Part shown: positions 29,762-38,339 of the stretch, in pieces | How positions within the stretch are numbered: the first letter of the stretch is position 1 | How the letters are laid out: every line of letters begins with the position of its first letter | From: Candidatus Bathyarchaeota archaeon | GTDB lineage: Archaea > Thermoproteota > Bathyarchaeia > 40CM-2-53-6 | Assembly (NCBI GenBank): GCA_963833125.1 | Contig: CAWHWX010000001.1 | Coordinates: 128,001 to 192,000 of the forward strand | Length of the DNA: 64,000 bases | Direction of reading: 5' to 3' | Translations under genes and position numbers: made by a program | The notes under the pieces: generated by a model | Seen by the model: the letters and a program-made list of their open reading frames with translations, nothing else | What the model was told of the DNA's origin: nothing | Database searches by the model: none

Positions 29762-30434
29762 ACGCTCTCATCTTCACCGTGTCCCCATCCTTAATTCGCA
29801 ATGCTTTTCTCAAATATTCACTCGAGATAATCTCGACGACATCGCCTTGGTAGTGGGTTCGGACTGGAGAGATTAGGGCACAGGTGAATTTGTCCGCGAC
29901 CTTGCCCTGAAAGCATTTGGCTGGGCCGAAGCTTCTATTCCCGTCGGTAAATCCCTCGATAAGTATGAAAGGTGAAGCTTCAAGCATACGCACTTCCTCT
30001 TGATCCTCTTTCCGCACTCGAAGGTTCAACGTGCCGGGGTAGGGTTCGAAGCCGAGCTTTGCAACAAACTGTTTTCTATACCCCTCCTGATTCATGTAAT
30101 AGGCTCCCTCCCCGAGTCCAGAGAACAGGGTGCCTTCGAAGACTAGCTCAGCTTTCTTCATTTCAAACGCTCGTTTGAGCGTCAGAAACATGTTATCGAG
30201 ATGTTTAACGCCGCCGGAGGTGATTTTTATGGATTCACGACGGCCTAACCTTACTCTGTGAATGAATCCCATCTTCTCCAGTTCAATTAGGTGGCGGGAG
30301 GCTGTTTGCTGAGACGCACCGAGAAGCTTCGCGAGTTCGGTTGTGGTGAATATGACCTCGTCTGGGTAAGCGCCCACCTCTATGAGCTTGTAAAGAGTTA
30401 TGAGGAGGCTGGGTTTGATTTCCTTATTCGCCAT
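29721..30434 (-). CDS. ribK: CTP-dependent riboflavin kinase with N-terminal HTH (RbkR type)
   Basis: HTH 'ELA..LG.SQQTASR.L', 'SGLGEGAYY', 'PYPGTLN', 'P.RTHY', 'LR..L...DGD'. Confidence 0.93.
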   Translation of the reverse strand: MANKEIKPSLLITLYKLIEVGAYPDEVIFTTTELAKLLGASQQTASRHLIELEKMGFIHRVRLGRRESIKITSGGVKHLDNMFLTLKRAFEMKKAELVFEGTLFSGLGEGAYYMNQEGYRKQFVAKLGFEPYPGTLNLRVRKEDQEEVRMLEASPFILIEGFTDGNRSFGPAKCFQGKVADKFTCALISPVRTHYQGDVVEIISSEYLRKALRIKDGDTVKMRAFSSAPQKASASAN

Positions 30435-31063
30435 TTTTCCTTCGTTACCTCTTCATGAGCAAGCTTGATCGGAACTGGACCATGTGCTGTGAGGCAGTGC
30501 TTGACAATTCTAACCGCGTCTCTCAAGGATATCTTGTGCCCCACACTGACATAGATGGTTTTCCCACTCCCCGGAAGAACCAAACTCTCAGCAATCTGGC
30601 AACCATCCTCGTCCAATACATGCTTCCCTTTCACAGACCCGTAAAGTAGACTCTTCGCAACACCAATGGTAGGGCGGTCTAGGGCCAGGCCAACGAAGCA
30701 AGCTAATCCAAATCTCCTTGGGTGCGCGAGTCCATGAGCATCTACGATGCAAACGTATGAGTCAGCCTTCAACCGGCGGACGGCTCGAAGAACTCCGGGC
30801 CCTTCTCTGAACGCCAGAAGACCTGGAATATATGGGAACCTGGTTCGCTCCTTAACAGTCTTGATTCTTAGCGGCTGGAGCGTGTTGTAATCGGTTAACA
30901 CCGCCGCGGCTAGGGTTGTCCCGTTGAAGTAAGTTGCGTCGCAGCCAACGAGCGAGGTGAGGTTCTTCGGGAGATCACTTGTCTCTTCCACACGAGAGGC
31001 GAGCCGTTCTTGCATTGCCACTCCTTTATTCGAGGTAATATTGGATGGGATCCTAATTCGCAT
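30398..31063 (-). CDS. nfi: Endonuclease V
   Basis: 'VGCDATY', 'FPYIPGLLAFRE', 'DAHG.AHPRRFGLA', 'IGVAKS.L', 'YVSVGH'; true start is probably near 31015. Confidence 0.93.
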   Translation of the reverse strand: MRIRIPSNITSNKGVAMQERLASRVEETSDLPKNLTSLVGCDATYFNGTTLAAAVLTDYNTLQPLRIKTVKERTRFPYIPGLLAFREGPGVLRAVRRLKADSYVCIVDAHGLAHPRRFGLACFVGLALDRPTIGVAKSLLYGSVKGKHVLDEDGCQIAESLVLPGSGKTIYVSVGHKISLRDAVRIVKHCLTAHGPVPIKLAHEEVTKEKWRIRKSNPASS

Positions 31064-31748
31064 GTCGTCCGCTTTTTGGTTGCTTGGACTTGGCTCCGAG
31101 TCTGCGTTCTACGCCTCTTAGGGCTCTCTCCAATGAAACCCGGCGAAGATCCGTTGCTACGTCGCCGCACGTGGTTTCGAGTATTCTTCGGGCGGCGTCG
31201 AGTTTGTGGCGGTAGTTTGGTAGAATTGAGGTTCTATCGAGGGACATGAGGTCTTCATAGAGGCCTTCCATGGTTGAGAGAAGTTTCTGCGCTTCCTCGG
31301 CGTTTCCGCGGCGTAGCGAGTCCAGAATCAGCCTTCGCATCTCACCCACAAAGTCGAGCATGCCAAGCAGGTAGGCTGTGCTGCCTGTTCCAACTTCACT
31401 TAGGGTTGCAACCTTTCCGCTTTTTTTCAGTTGAAAGAGGAGTTTGGCTTCTGCGTATTCTTGGAAGGCAACAAGCACCTGTCCGAATTGGGGGAGTTCG
31501 GAGTGGGCGGAGAGCAGGGTTTGAAGCTCGTCGAGGGATTGCTTGGCTTCGGTTAGTGTCTTATTTGCTTGGGATAGGTTGCCGCGATGGACCTGAATGA
31601 TCGCCCAGCTGCACAACCTCGTTGTGCTTCTAGTTATGGTCTGGAGCTCTTCCCTCGCTTTGTCATAGGATAATAGTTCTGCTTGAATTTGATGCATGTC
31701 GCTCTTTGAGAGCATAAGCGCTCGCTGCACGCTAACGCCCTGAGGCAA
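31053..31748 (-). CDS. Translin/TRAX family protein
   Basis: 'D..RE', 'QEYAEA', 'YLLG..D.VGEMRR', 'RHK.D.AR..LE'. Confidence 0.88.
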   Translation of the reverse strand: MPQGVSVQRALMLSKSDMHQIQAELLSYDKAREELQTITRSTTRLCSWAIIQVHRGNLSQANKTLTEAKQSLDELQTLLSAHSELPQFGQVLVAFQEYAEAKLLFQLKKSGKVATLSEVGTGSTAYLLGMLDFVGEMRRLILDSLRRGNAEEAQKLLSTMEGLYEDLMSLDRTSILPNYRHKLDAARRILETTCGDVATDLRRVSLERALRGVERRLGAKSKQPKSGRHAN

Positions 31749-31768
31749 TTAAACGAATGGAACCGAGT

Positions 31769-32381
31769 TTACTTTATGACCGCTTCGTGTTCTTCGCGTA
31801 TTCCGCTGTTAGTTATGATGAGCATGTCGATCCCTTCTCCGCTCCCGATGTCCCTTGCTGAAGCGGCTTTCACGGCCTTACGAACTAAGCCCTTCGTCAT
31901 CAATAGCCATGCCGTCCTTGAAGTCCGATTCGAGGAGACCCATTGCAATCTCTGACCCTGAGCCGATTGCGGTGAACTTGTCTTCGATCACCGACCCCAA
32001 GGGGTCAAGGACGAATAGCTTCGGCCCTGCTTCATCGATTCCGCCGACGATCGTTTGTGTAATGTATGGGAAGTAGCGGCGTTCGAAGAGCATGCTGCCC
32101 ATCAGCTTGGCAGCTGTCCTGACGGTGATACTCTGCTCCCGCTCGTAGGAGTATAGGTTTAGGTAGGCTCCTACTTCCCGTGTGAGTATTTGCATATCGG
32201 CTACTATGCCGGCGCAGGCGGCGCCTATTTTTTCCGCGATCTTGAAAACTTTCTTCCCACTCTTGCTCATAACGAAATAACCATACGTGACCCGACGTTC
32301 GGAGGCGAGAATTACGCCGTCCTTGCAGACCACGCCGACAGTTGTCGCGCCGGGCAAATAATATTCGCTCAATTGAAACAC
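31769..32381 (-). CDS. psmB: Second proteasome beta subunit (Thr1->Ala, probably non-catalytic); frameshift near 31895
   Basis: 'PGATTVGVVCKDGVILASERR', 'GSGSE.A.G.LE'; the C-terminus 'AVKAASARDIGSGEGID...' continues in another frame to TAA 31769. Confidence 0.9.
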
Positions 32382-32737
32382 CAGTTAATCAAATCCGTCG
32401 CAGGCGTACTAATAAGGGCTTAGTACTCCAAAACCTAGTCACAGACACATCAGATGAAAAACCCGTGGTTCATCCCCTCAAGAATGTTCTCAACCGACTT
32501 CGTTGGGACACCGACGAGAAACCTGAGAATTACAAGATAATGTACCGGCACAGGGGCGCACCAGGGGATGTGAAGATCATTCGCGCCTCGAACATTAAGA
32601 AACTTGGCAAATCCTACTTCACCATTCAGGAAGTTGATGGTGCGGATGAATCTCTCATTCCTTTTCACCGAATCCTCGAAATCCGCAACACGCTCGATGA
32701 CTCCATAATCTGGATAAGCCGCAAAAAGCAACCGTAG
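32342..32737 (+). CDS. DUF504/UPF0248 (MJ1316-like) protein
   Basis: 'LNRLRWD', 'Y.HRGAPG..K.I', 'IPFHRI.EI'; true start is probably near 32467. Confidence 0.85.
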   Translation: MSRRANNIRSIETPVNQIRRRRTNKGLVLQNLVTDTSDEKPVVHPLKNVLNRLRWDTDEKPENYKIMYRHRGAPGDVKIIRASNIKKLGKSYFTIQEVDGADESLIPFHRILEIRNTLDDSIIWISRKKQP

Positions 32738-32785
32738 AGATGATTACCCGATGGATACGAGGCACCCACAAGCTGGGCCCGAAAT

Positions 32786-32914
32786 TTGTTAGCTGGGATA
32801 TACTGCGGATTCTGTGGCCGTGCGTTAGAAACCTCGCTCAAGACTTGCCCGAAATGCGGAAACACTATGTGCGAAACTTGTTTGGAAGAGCATCTGAAGA
32901 TGTGCACGAAGTAA
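32786..32914 (+). CDS. 42-aa two-zinc (AN1/B-box-like) finger microprotein (not in ORF track)
   Basis: TTG 32786 reads MLAGIYCGFCGRALETSLKTCPKCGNTMCETCLEEHLKMCTK*, i.e. CxxC-x10-CxxC-x4-CxxC-x3-H-x3-C. Confidence 0.7.
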   Translation: MLAGIYCGFCGRALETSLKTCPKCGNTMCETCLEEHLKMCTK

Positions 32915-32996
32915 AGCTGAGCTTGAAGCTAGTCGATTGTTGGCTTCAAACGAAACTAGAAATATCGGCTTTTGTTGATGCTGCTTTCGATTCTCT

Positions 32997-35711
32997 GTGA
33001 ACGACAATTTCGATTTTGCGAAAGGGACCATTGACAGTCCTCAGGGTAGGGCGGGTTATTTCAGCCTCAAGAAATTGAAAGAGATAGGCTGCGAGCTGGA
33101 AAAACTGCCTTACTCGATTAGAGTTCTTCTTGAGAACACGCTTCGTTCATCCGGGAAGGTTGCAGGCGCCAAGGAAGCCGTGTATAGGCTCTCTGAATGG
33201 CCGAAGAGCATTGGCGAAGAATTGCCGTTCATGCCTTACCGTGTATTGCTGCAAGACTACACTGGCGTTCCACTTATTGTCGACCTGGCGGCGATGCGAA
33301 GCGCCTTCGCACGAAAAGGCTTGGATCCGCGGACGGTCAATTCACGGGTTCCAGTCGATCTGATCATAGATCATTCGGTCCAGGTTGATAGTTGGAGCGT
33401 TCCGAACGCCCTGTCCATGAATTTGGAGAGGGAGTACGAGAGAAATTCTGAACGGTATTCGTTGTTGAAGTGGGCTCAGTCGTCGTTTAGTGGCATGAGA
33501 ATCTTCCCTCCGGGCAAAGGAATCTGCCATCAAGTCAATTTAGAGTACTTGGCGAAAGTAGTTTCAATTCACGAATCTGGCGGCACCCTAACTGCCTTCC
33601 CCGACACACTAGTTGGAACTGATTCCCACACGACGATGGTTAACGGAGTAGGCGTGTTGGGCTGGGGTGTTGGCGGAATAGAGGCGGAGGCGGTGATGTT
33701 GGGGGAGCCTTACTACATGCCTATCCCGAAAGTTATCGGGGTCAAAATCACGGGTCAACTTCCCGAGGGCGCGACTCCAACCGACTTAGTGCTAACGGTT
33801 ACCGAGGCTCTGCGAAAGGAGGATCCTGTGGGCGCGTTCGTTGAGTATTTCGGTGATGCGTACCGGGAGTTGAGTGTGCCCGATCGGGCGACGTTGGGAA
33901 ACATGTCGCCAGAGTACGGGGCAACGGTCGGCTTCTCCCCCGTGGATGAACAAACAATCTCCTACCTCACTGGGACAGGAAGAGAGAGCAGTCACACGAA
34001 TTTCGTAAGGGAATACTGCAAGTCTCAAGGCCTCTTTCTAGAGAAGAATAGCCCGCATCCGAACTACTCGAAGACCATCACAATCGACCTAGACAAAATT
34101 GAACCGTCGATAGCAGGCCCACGAAACCCTGACGAAAGGGTACCGCTCAAGTCGGCTCCAACCCTCATCGCGAACGTTCTTGAACAATACAAGAGATCCG
34201 GCCCTGCTCCGCCTAGCGCCCGCAAAATTGCTGACGACGGGTACCAGCTTAGTTTGCTCCATAATACGCCGAAGGGAAATGGAACACCCGACCCTGGTCA
34301 ATTGAGTGACGGCTCAATTGTTATCGCCGCAATAACGAGTTGCACCAACACTTCCAACCCCACAGTCATGGTTGGAGCTGGGTTGATTGCAAGAAAAGCA
34401 GTTGAACTGGGACTTACGCCCAAGGGTTACGTAAAGAGAAGTCTTGCGCCTGGCTCGAAAGTTGTGACGGATTACCTAGCGAAATCCGGGTTGCTGCAAG
34501 ACCTCGATTCTCTCGGGTTCGACATAGTTGGTTACGGCTGCACAACTTGCATTGGGAATAGTGGTCCACTTGCTCCTGAAATTGAGAAGCAGATTCGGGA
34601 CCGGAACTTGTACGCGGTTGCGGTATTGAGTGGGAACAGAAACTTTGACGGACGCATCCATCCCCTCGCCAAGGCATCTTTCCTAATGTCACCCATGCTA
34701 GTCGTAGCCTATGCTCTGGTTGGCCGAATTGAATTTGATTTCTACAAGGAACCCATAGGCACCAGCAGGGATGGAAGGAAGGTATTCCTCAAAGATATTT
34801 GGCCTACAATGAAAGAGATCCGCGAAACAATCTCCAACTCACTTTCACCAGAATTCTACAAGTCAACTTACGGCGCAGCCCTCGAAGGCGATGAAAAATG
34901 GAAAGCACTTCAATCTCCAGCAGGCGACGCGTACGCTTGGGATGAGAAGTCAACCTACATTCGCGAACCGCCATGGTTTGCGAACGAAAAGGAAGCAGTG
35001 GCCGATATTTCTAAGGCACGCGTGCTTGCGATCTTCGAAGATAAGGTCACAACCGACCATATATCCCCCGCAGGGACAATACCCATCGATAGTCCTGCAG
35101 GCCTATACCTTCAACAGAATGACGTACCCAAAACCATGTTCAGTACGTACGGAAGTCGGAGAGGCAACCACGAAGTTATGGTACGGGGTGGGTTTGCGAA
35201 TATTCGATTGAAGAACATACTCGCTAGGGGGAAGGAGGGGGGTTGGACCGTGCACCAGCCTTCGGGGGAATTGATGACGATTTACGACGCAGCTACACGT
35301 TACATCACCGAACAGACGCCCCTCCTAATTCTTGCTGGGAAACAGTATGGGGCGGGCAGTTCAAGGGATTGGGCTGCGAAGGCTGTGAAACTGTTAGGTG
35401 TGAGGGCGGTTATTGCGGAGAGTTTTGAAAGAATCCACCGCAGCAACCTCGTCGCAATGGGCGTACTACCACTCGAATTCAAACAAGGCGAAAGCTGGAA
35501 AACCCTAGGCCTTCAGGGAGACGAAATCTATGAGGTGAAGGGCATTAGTGGAATAAACGGACCAAAAACATCGTTGACTGTGAACGCCAAGGGAAAAACC
35601 AAGCAAACAAGCTTCGAAGTTACCGCCAGGGTGGATAATCAGGTCGAGGTTGAATATTATCGGGATGGCGGAGTGCTTCCGTACGTTTTCGCGAAACTCG
35701 CACCCTCCTAA
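32997..35711 (+). CDS. acnA: Aconitate hydratase A
   Basis: 'LQDYTGVP', 'DHSVQVD', 'GTDSHT', 'ITSCTNTSNP', 'GCTTCIGNSG', 'TTDHISPAG', 'GSSRDWAAK'. Confidence 0.97.
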   Translation: MNDNFDFAKGTIDSPQGRAGYFSLKKLKEIGCELEKLPYSIRVLLENTLRSSGKVAGAKEAVYRLSEWPKSIGEELPFMPYRVLLQDYTGVPLIVDLAAMRSAFARKGLDPRTVNSRVPVDLIIDHSVQVDSWSVPNALSMNLEREYERNSERYSLLKWAQSSFSGMRIFPPGKGICHQVNLEYLAKVVSIHESGGTLTAFPDTLVGTDSHTTMVNGVGVLGWGVGGIEAEAVMLGEPYYMPIPKVIGVKITGQLPEGATPTDLVLTVTEALRKEDPVGAFVEYFGDAYRELSVPDRATLGNMSPEYGATVGFSPVDEQTISYLTGTGRESSHTNFVREYCKSQGLFLEKNSPHPNYSKTITIDLDKIEPSIAGPRNPDERVPLKSAPTLIANVLEQYKRSGPAPPSARKIADDGYQLSLLHNTPKGNGTPDPGQLSDGSIVIAAITSCTNTSNPTVMVGAGLIARKAVELGLTPKGYVKRSLAPGSKVVTDYLAKSGLLQDLDSLGFDIVGYGCTTCIGNSGPLAPEIEKQIRDRNLYAVAVLSGNRNFDGRIHPLAKASFLMSPMLVVAYALVGRIEFDFYKEPIGTSRDGRKVFLKDIWPTMKEIRETISNSLSPEFYKSTYGAALEGDEKWKALQSPAGDAYAWDEKSTYIREPPWFANEKEAVADISKARVLAIFEDKVTTDHISPAGTIPIDSPAGLYLQQNDVPKTMFSTYGSRRGNHEVMVRGGFANIRLKNILARGKEGGWTVHQPSGELMTIYDAATRYITEQTPLLILAGKQYGAGSSRDWAAKAVKLLGVRAVIAESFERIHRSNLVAMGVLPLEFKQGESWKTLGLQGDEIYEVKGISGINGPKTSLTVNAKGKTKQTSFEVTARVDNQVEVEYYRDGGVLPYVFAKLAPS

Positions 35712-35828
35712 ATCCATCAGGATCTAACTGAAGCCTGGGAGTACGTCGCGAGTGAAACGCTCGATTCCCGCGTCATCAAGGATTTTGGTTGCGAAATTTA
35801 AGACCTGGTAGTTCACGCCAACTGTGCT

Positions 35829-36890
35829 CTACGTCTTCAGTGCGATGCCGTTCACTGCTACGCTTCCAGGATGATGCAGTTCTCCTTCTACCTCGAACTT
35901 CACGCCCACCACCATCTCCGCGACTTTAATGTTGGTCAGGGTGTGGAGTGTAATTTCTGAAACTTGAATCATGGACTTGCCTTCGGCCACGGCCATGTAT
36001 GGGATTAAGATGTCGCCCATATGCCGATCTACCGGTGCGCCTGAGGTTAGTTCTGCGAGGAGTTTGGTGGCAGCATCTTCCCCAACCGATTCAGCGGGCT
36101 TACCCCTCTCACCTAAACTGTCGGCTCCAACGATCGTTCCGTTACTGAATTTTGCTGAGAGGGTGATGCCGCTTCCGGGTGCAAGGTGTGAGTCTTGATT
36201 TGGGGAATAGGTTTCAGTGGTGATGTTCGCGTTGGGGAATCCTTCGGCGTTGAGTTTCTCCTTCGCTGCACTCGCTTGCCTTTGGGCTACGTGGCTTGGG
36301 AGACGGACGCAGTGGCTGATTCCTTCGATACCTAGCAACTCACCCCTATCCAGAAGAGTGATGGCTTTCAGATGTCGGGGTGGTTGGATGGTGATGGATA
36401 CGTGGCCTCCGCCTTTTGGGTAGTGGCCTCGGCGTTGGAGCTGGATGGTTGCCCGATACCCCATTGGTTGTAGGAGGGGGAGGTGGATGAGGCGGAGGTA
36501 GTCGATGGTTGGGCTCCACCGCACATCCGTCCCACCAATCAGATCCAACGTCACGTCGCCGGGGGCGTAGGCGGCGGCGGGCATGAGAGCCTGCAGGATT
36601 AAGGGTATGCTGCCGGCCGTGCCCACATCAAAACTCCACCGTCCCGCGACGTGACCGTGGGGGGTGAAGGTTAGTTCCTGTGAACCTTGAGTTAGGCCGG
36701 TGGTTTCGGCGTTGCTAATTGCGCCGACAGCTTTCACCGCGACCACATGTTGTGCTTGTAAGCCTGGGTTGGGGCGTTTGTCGCGGATCTTGGTTAGTTT
36801 GATTGGGGTTCCGGTGAGGGCGGATAGGGCTATGGTGGTGCGAACAATCTGGCCCCCACCTTCCATGAGATCCCCAGATACTTCGAGCAT
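35829..36890 (-). CDS. rtcA: RNA 3'-terminal phosphate cyclase
   Basis: 'EGGGQIVR', 'R.NPGL..QH', 'GTAGSI.L..Q', 'GGTDV.WSP', 'RG.YPKGGG', 'T.HT.TN'. Confidence 0.95.
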   Translation of the reverse strand: MLEVSGDLMEGGGQIVRTTIALSALTGTPIKLTKIRDKRPNPGLQAQHVVAVKAVGAISNAETTGLTQGSQELTFTPHGHVAGRWSFDVGTAGSIPLILQALMPAAAYAPGDVTLDLIGGTDVRWSPTIDYLRLIHLPLLQPMGYRATIQLQRRGHYPKGGGHVSITIQPPRHLKAITLLDRGELLGIEGISHCVRLPSHVAQRQASAAKEKLNAEGFPNANITTETYSPNQDSHLAPGSGITLSAKFSNGTIVGADSLGERGKPAESVGEDAATKLLAELTSGAPVDRHMGDILIPYMAVAEGKSMIQVSEITLHTLTNIKVAEMVVGVKFEVEGELHHPGSVAVNGIALKT

Positions 36891-37195
36891 GGTTGAATGG
36901 CCGTGGGTGGGATGGTTGGGGGGTTTGTATTGTTTGCGGGTGGGGGGGTGGGGGGTGTAATTTGTGGGGAGAACATGTTACTGTCGTGGGTACTTGGGAT
37001 CAGTGTCTGGGCTCTTAGTCGCTAAGAATAGATTTCTGTGGTTCTGTTAGCTTGTCGGGTCAATGTATTGGCGAATAGAAATATTCTGGGCCGACGAAAT
37101 TGCGGGTTCGTATCCACCGGCCACACCGGCGGCAGTAGACAACCGGGAGACCTCATCGCACTATAACGTCACATCTTATCTTGCATCCTCATTAA

Positions 37196-37468
37196 TTGGA
37201 CGGCAGACGCAAGTTGAACGTTCGATTCAAACCTCATGCTTTGGCCCGGATGAAGGAACGGCAGATTAAGCAGAGTCAAATCGAACAAGTGCTCGCTTCG
37301 CCGACCGAGACCGTGTTGGTGCGCTTTTCGAGACGAGCTTCTTTCGGAAATGTTAATGGGCGACGTCTACTTGTAATTTGCCAGACTAACGCCGACGAGG
37401 TAGAAGTTGTTACAGCCTTCTGGATCAATGAGAATGGATTGAGAAAATATGGCTTCACTCGAATATGA
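37196..37468 (+). CDS. DUF4258 family protein (putative RelE/BrnT-like RNase toxin)
   Basis: 'F..HA..RM.ER.I', 'L.V......VVTA'; overlaps a DUF2283 gene. Confidence 0.75.
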   Translation: MDGRRKLNVRFKPHALARMKERQIKQSQIEQVLASPTETVLVRFSRRASFGNVNGRRLLVICQTNADEVEVVTAFWINENGLRKYGFTRI

Positions 37469-37655
37469 CCCCAGCAGCACTGCGCTTTACGTAAGAATGA
37501 AACGGGGAAAAGTGGCTACTAGTAGACCCCTCGCTGACAACATCATCCTTGATTTGAATAAGAAGAATGAACTTCTCGGTATCGAGATAATAGGACCCGT
37601 GCCTGAAGACCTCAAGGAATTCAAGCTAAAAGCCAAGATTCTAGCGCGGGCTTGA
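37449..37655 (+). CDS. DUF2283 family protein (putative antitoxin)
   Basis: 'YDP...ALY.R', 'IILD......L.GIEI'. Confidence 0.85.
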   Translation: MASLEYDPSSTALYVRMKRGKVATSRPLADNIILDLNKKNELLGIEIIGPVPEDLKEFKLKAKILARA

Positions 37656-37739
37656 CCGAAAATAAATATGGAGCTTAAGCTGAGACAACAACATCTTCCA
37701 AAAGTCTGACCAGCGAACCTGGAGATTTACGGAGGTTAA

Positions 37740-37895
37740 ATGAGATTGGTGAAGGCGAGAAGACTGAGGCCTTCTGATTTCGCAGGTACGTTTGTAATGA
37801 CGGACTGGGAAGCGGATGGAATTTCGCGGCAGTTGATCAGGTTTTGGTCGAGATGGCGATCCCCAAGAGGCCCGTCTTACACCGATGTAATGTAG
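37740..37895 (+). pseudogene. Probable remnant of a VapB-type antitoxin
   Basis: MRLVKARRLRPSDFAGTFVMTDWEADGISRQLIRFWSRWR..., preceded out of frame by 'FTEV', resembles the C-terminal half of archaeal DUF217-like VapB proteins. Confidence 0.4.
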
Positions 37896-37970
37896 ATTCT
37901 AAAATCATATTCATAGGATGCACATCCCACGCGCACAGCTACCCCATTCTAACCCGCAACCGCATAAAGT

Positions 37971-38201
37971 CTATGACAATTTGGTTTCGTCCCGCCATTT
38001 TCGTATCTCCTTAGCTCCACTCCAGCCACGGGCTTTACTTGATGAACGAAGTTGATCGATTCCTTCCGCCACCTTTTTCATCTCTTCCCGAGATACTGTT
38101 TCCTCGAAGGCTTTGCGTGCGACGCTGCTCCAGTTAATGTGATTAAGCTTCTTCATACCTAGTTTGAGTTCGTCGGGTACAGTGATGGTGACGATCGGCA
38201 T
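37971..38201 (-). CDS. RHH VapB-like antitoxin
   Basis: 'ITVPDELK..MK....INWS.VARKA', C-terminal 'EIRKWRD'. Confidence 0.8.
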   Translation of the reverse strand: MPIVTITVPDELKLGMKKLNHINWSSVARKAFEETVSREEMKKVAEGIDQLRSSSKARGWSGAKEIRKWRDETKLS

Positions 38202-38339
38202 TCCTTATTCCTCAAGTGCCGAGGCATTGTGGTGTATATGTGTTCGGCGCGCCCACGAGGTGGCGCTAGGATTGCCGGATCTTTTCGCGATGCTGGCCGC
38301 TACGAAGTAACAGGATCGTAGGGGAAAGGAAGTGGGGAG

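Noticed and set aside
32740-33000. Track ORFs 32740..33000 (+) and 32665..32907 (-)
   Set aside because: They lack recognisable features, and the Cys-patterned frame 32786..32914 explains the region better.
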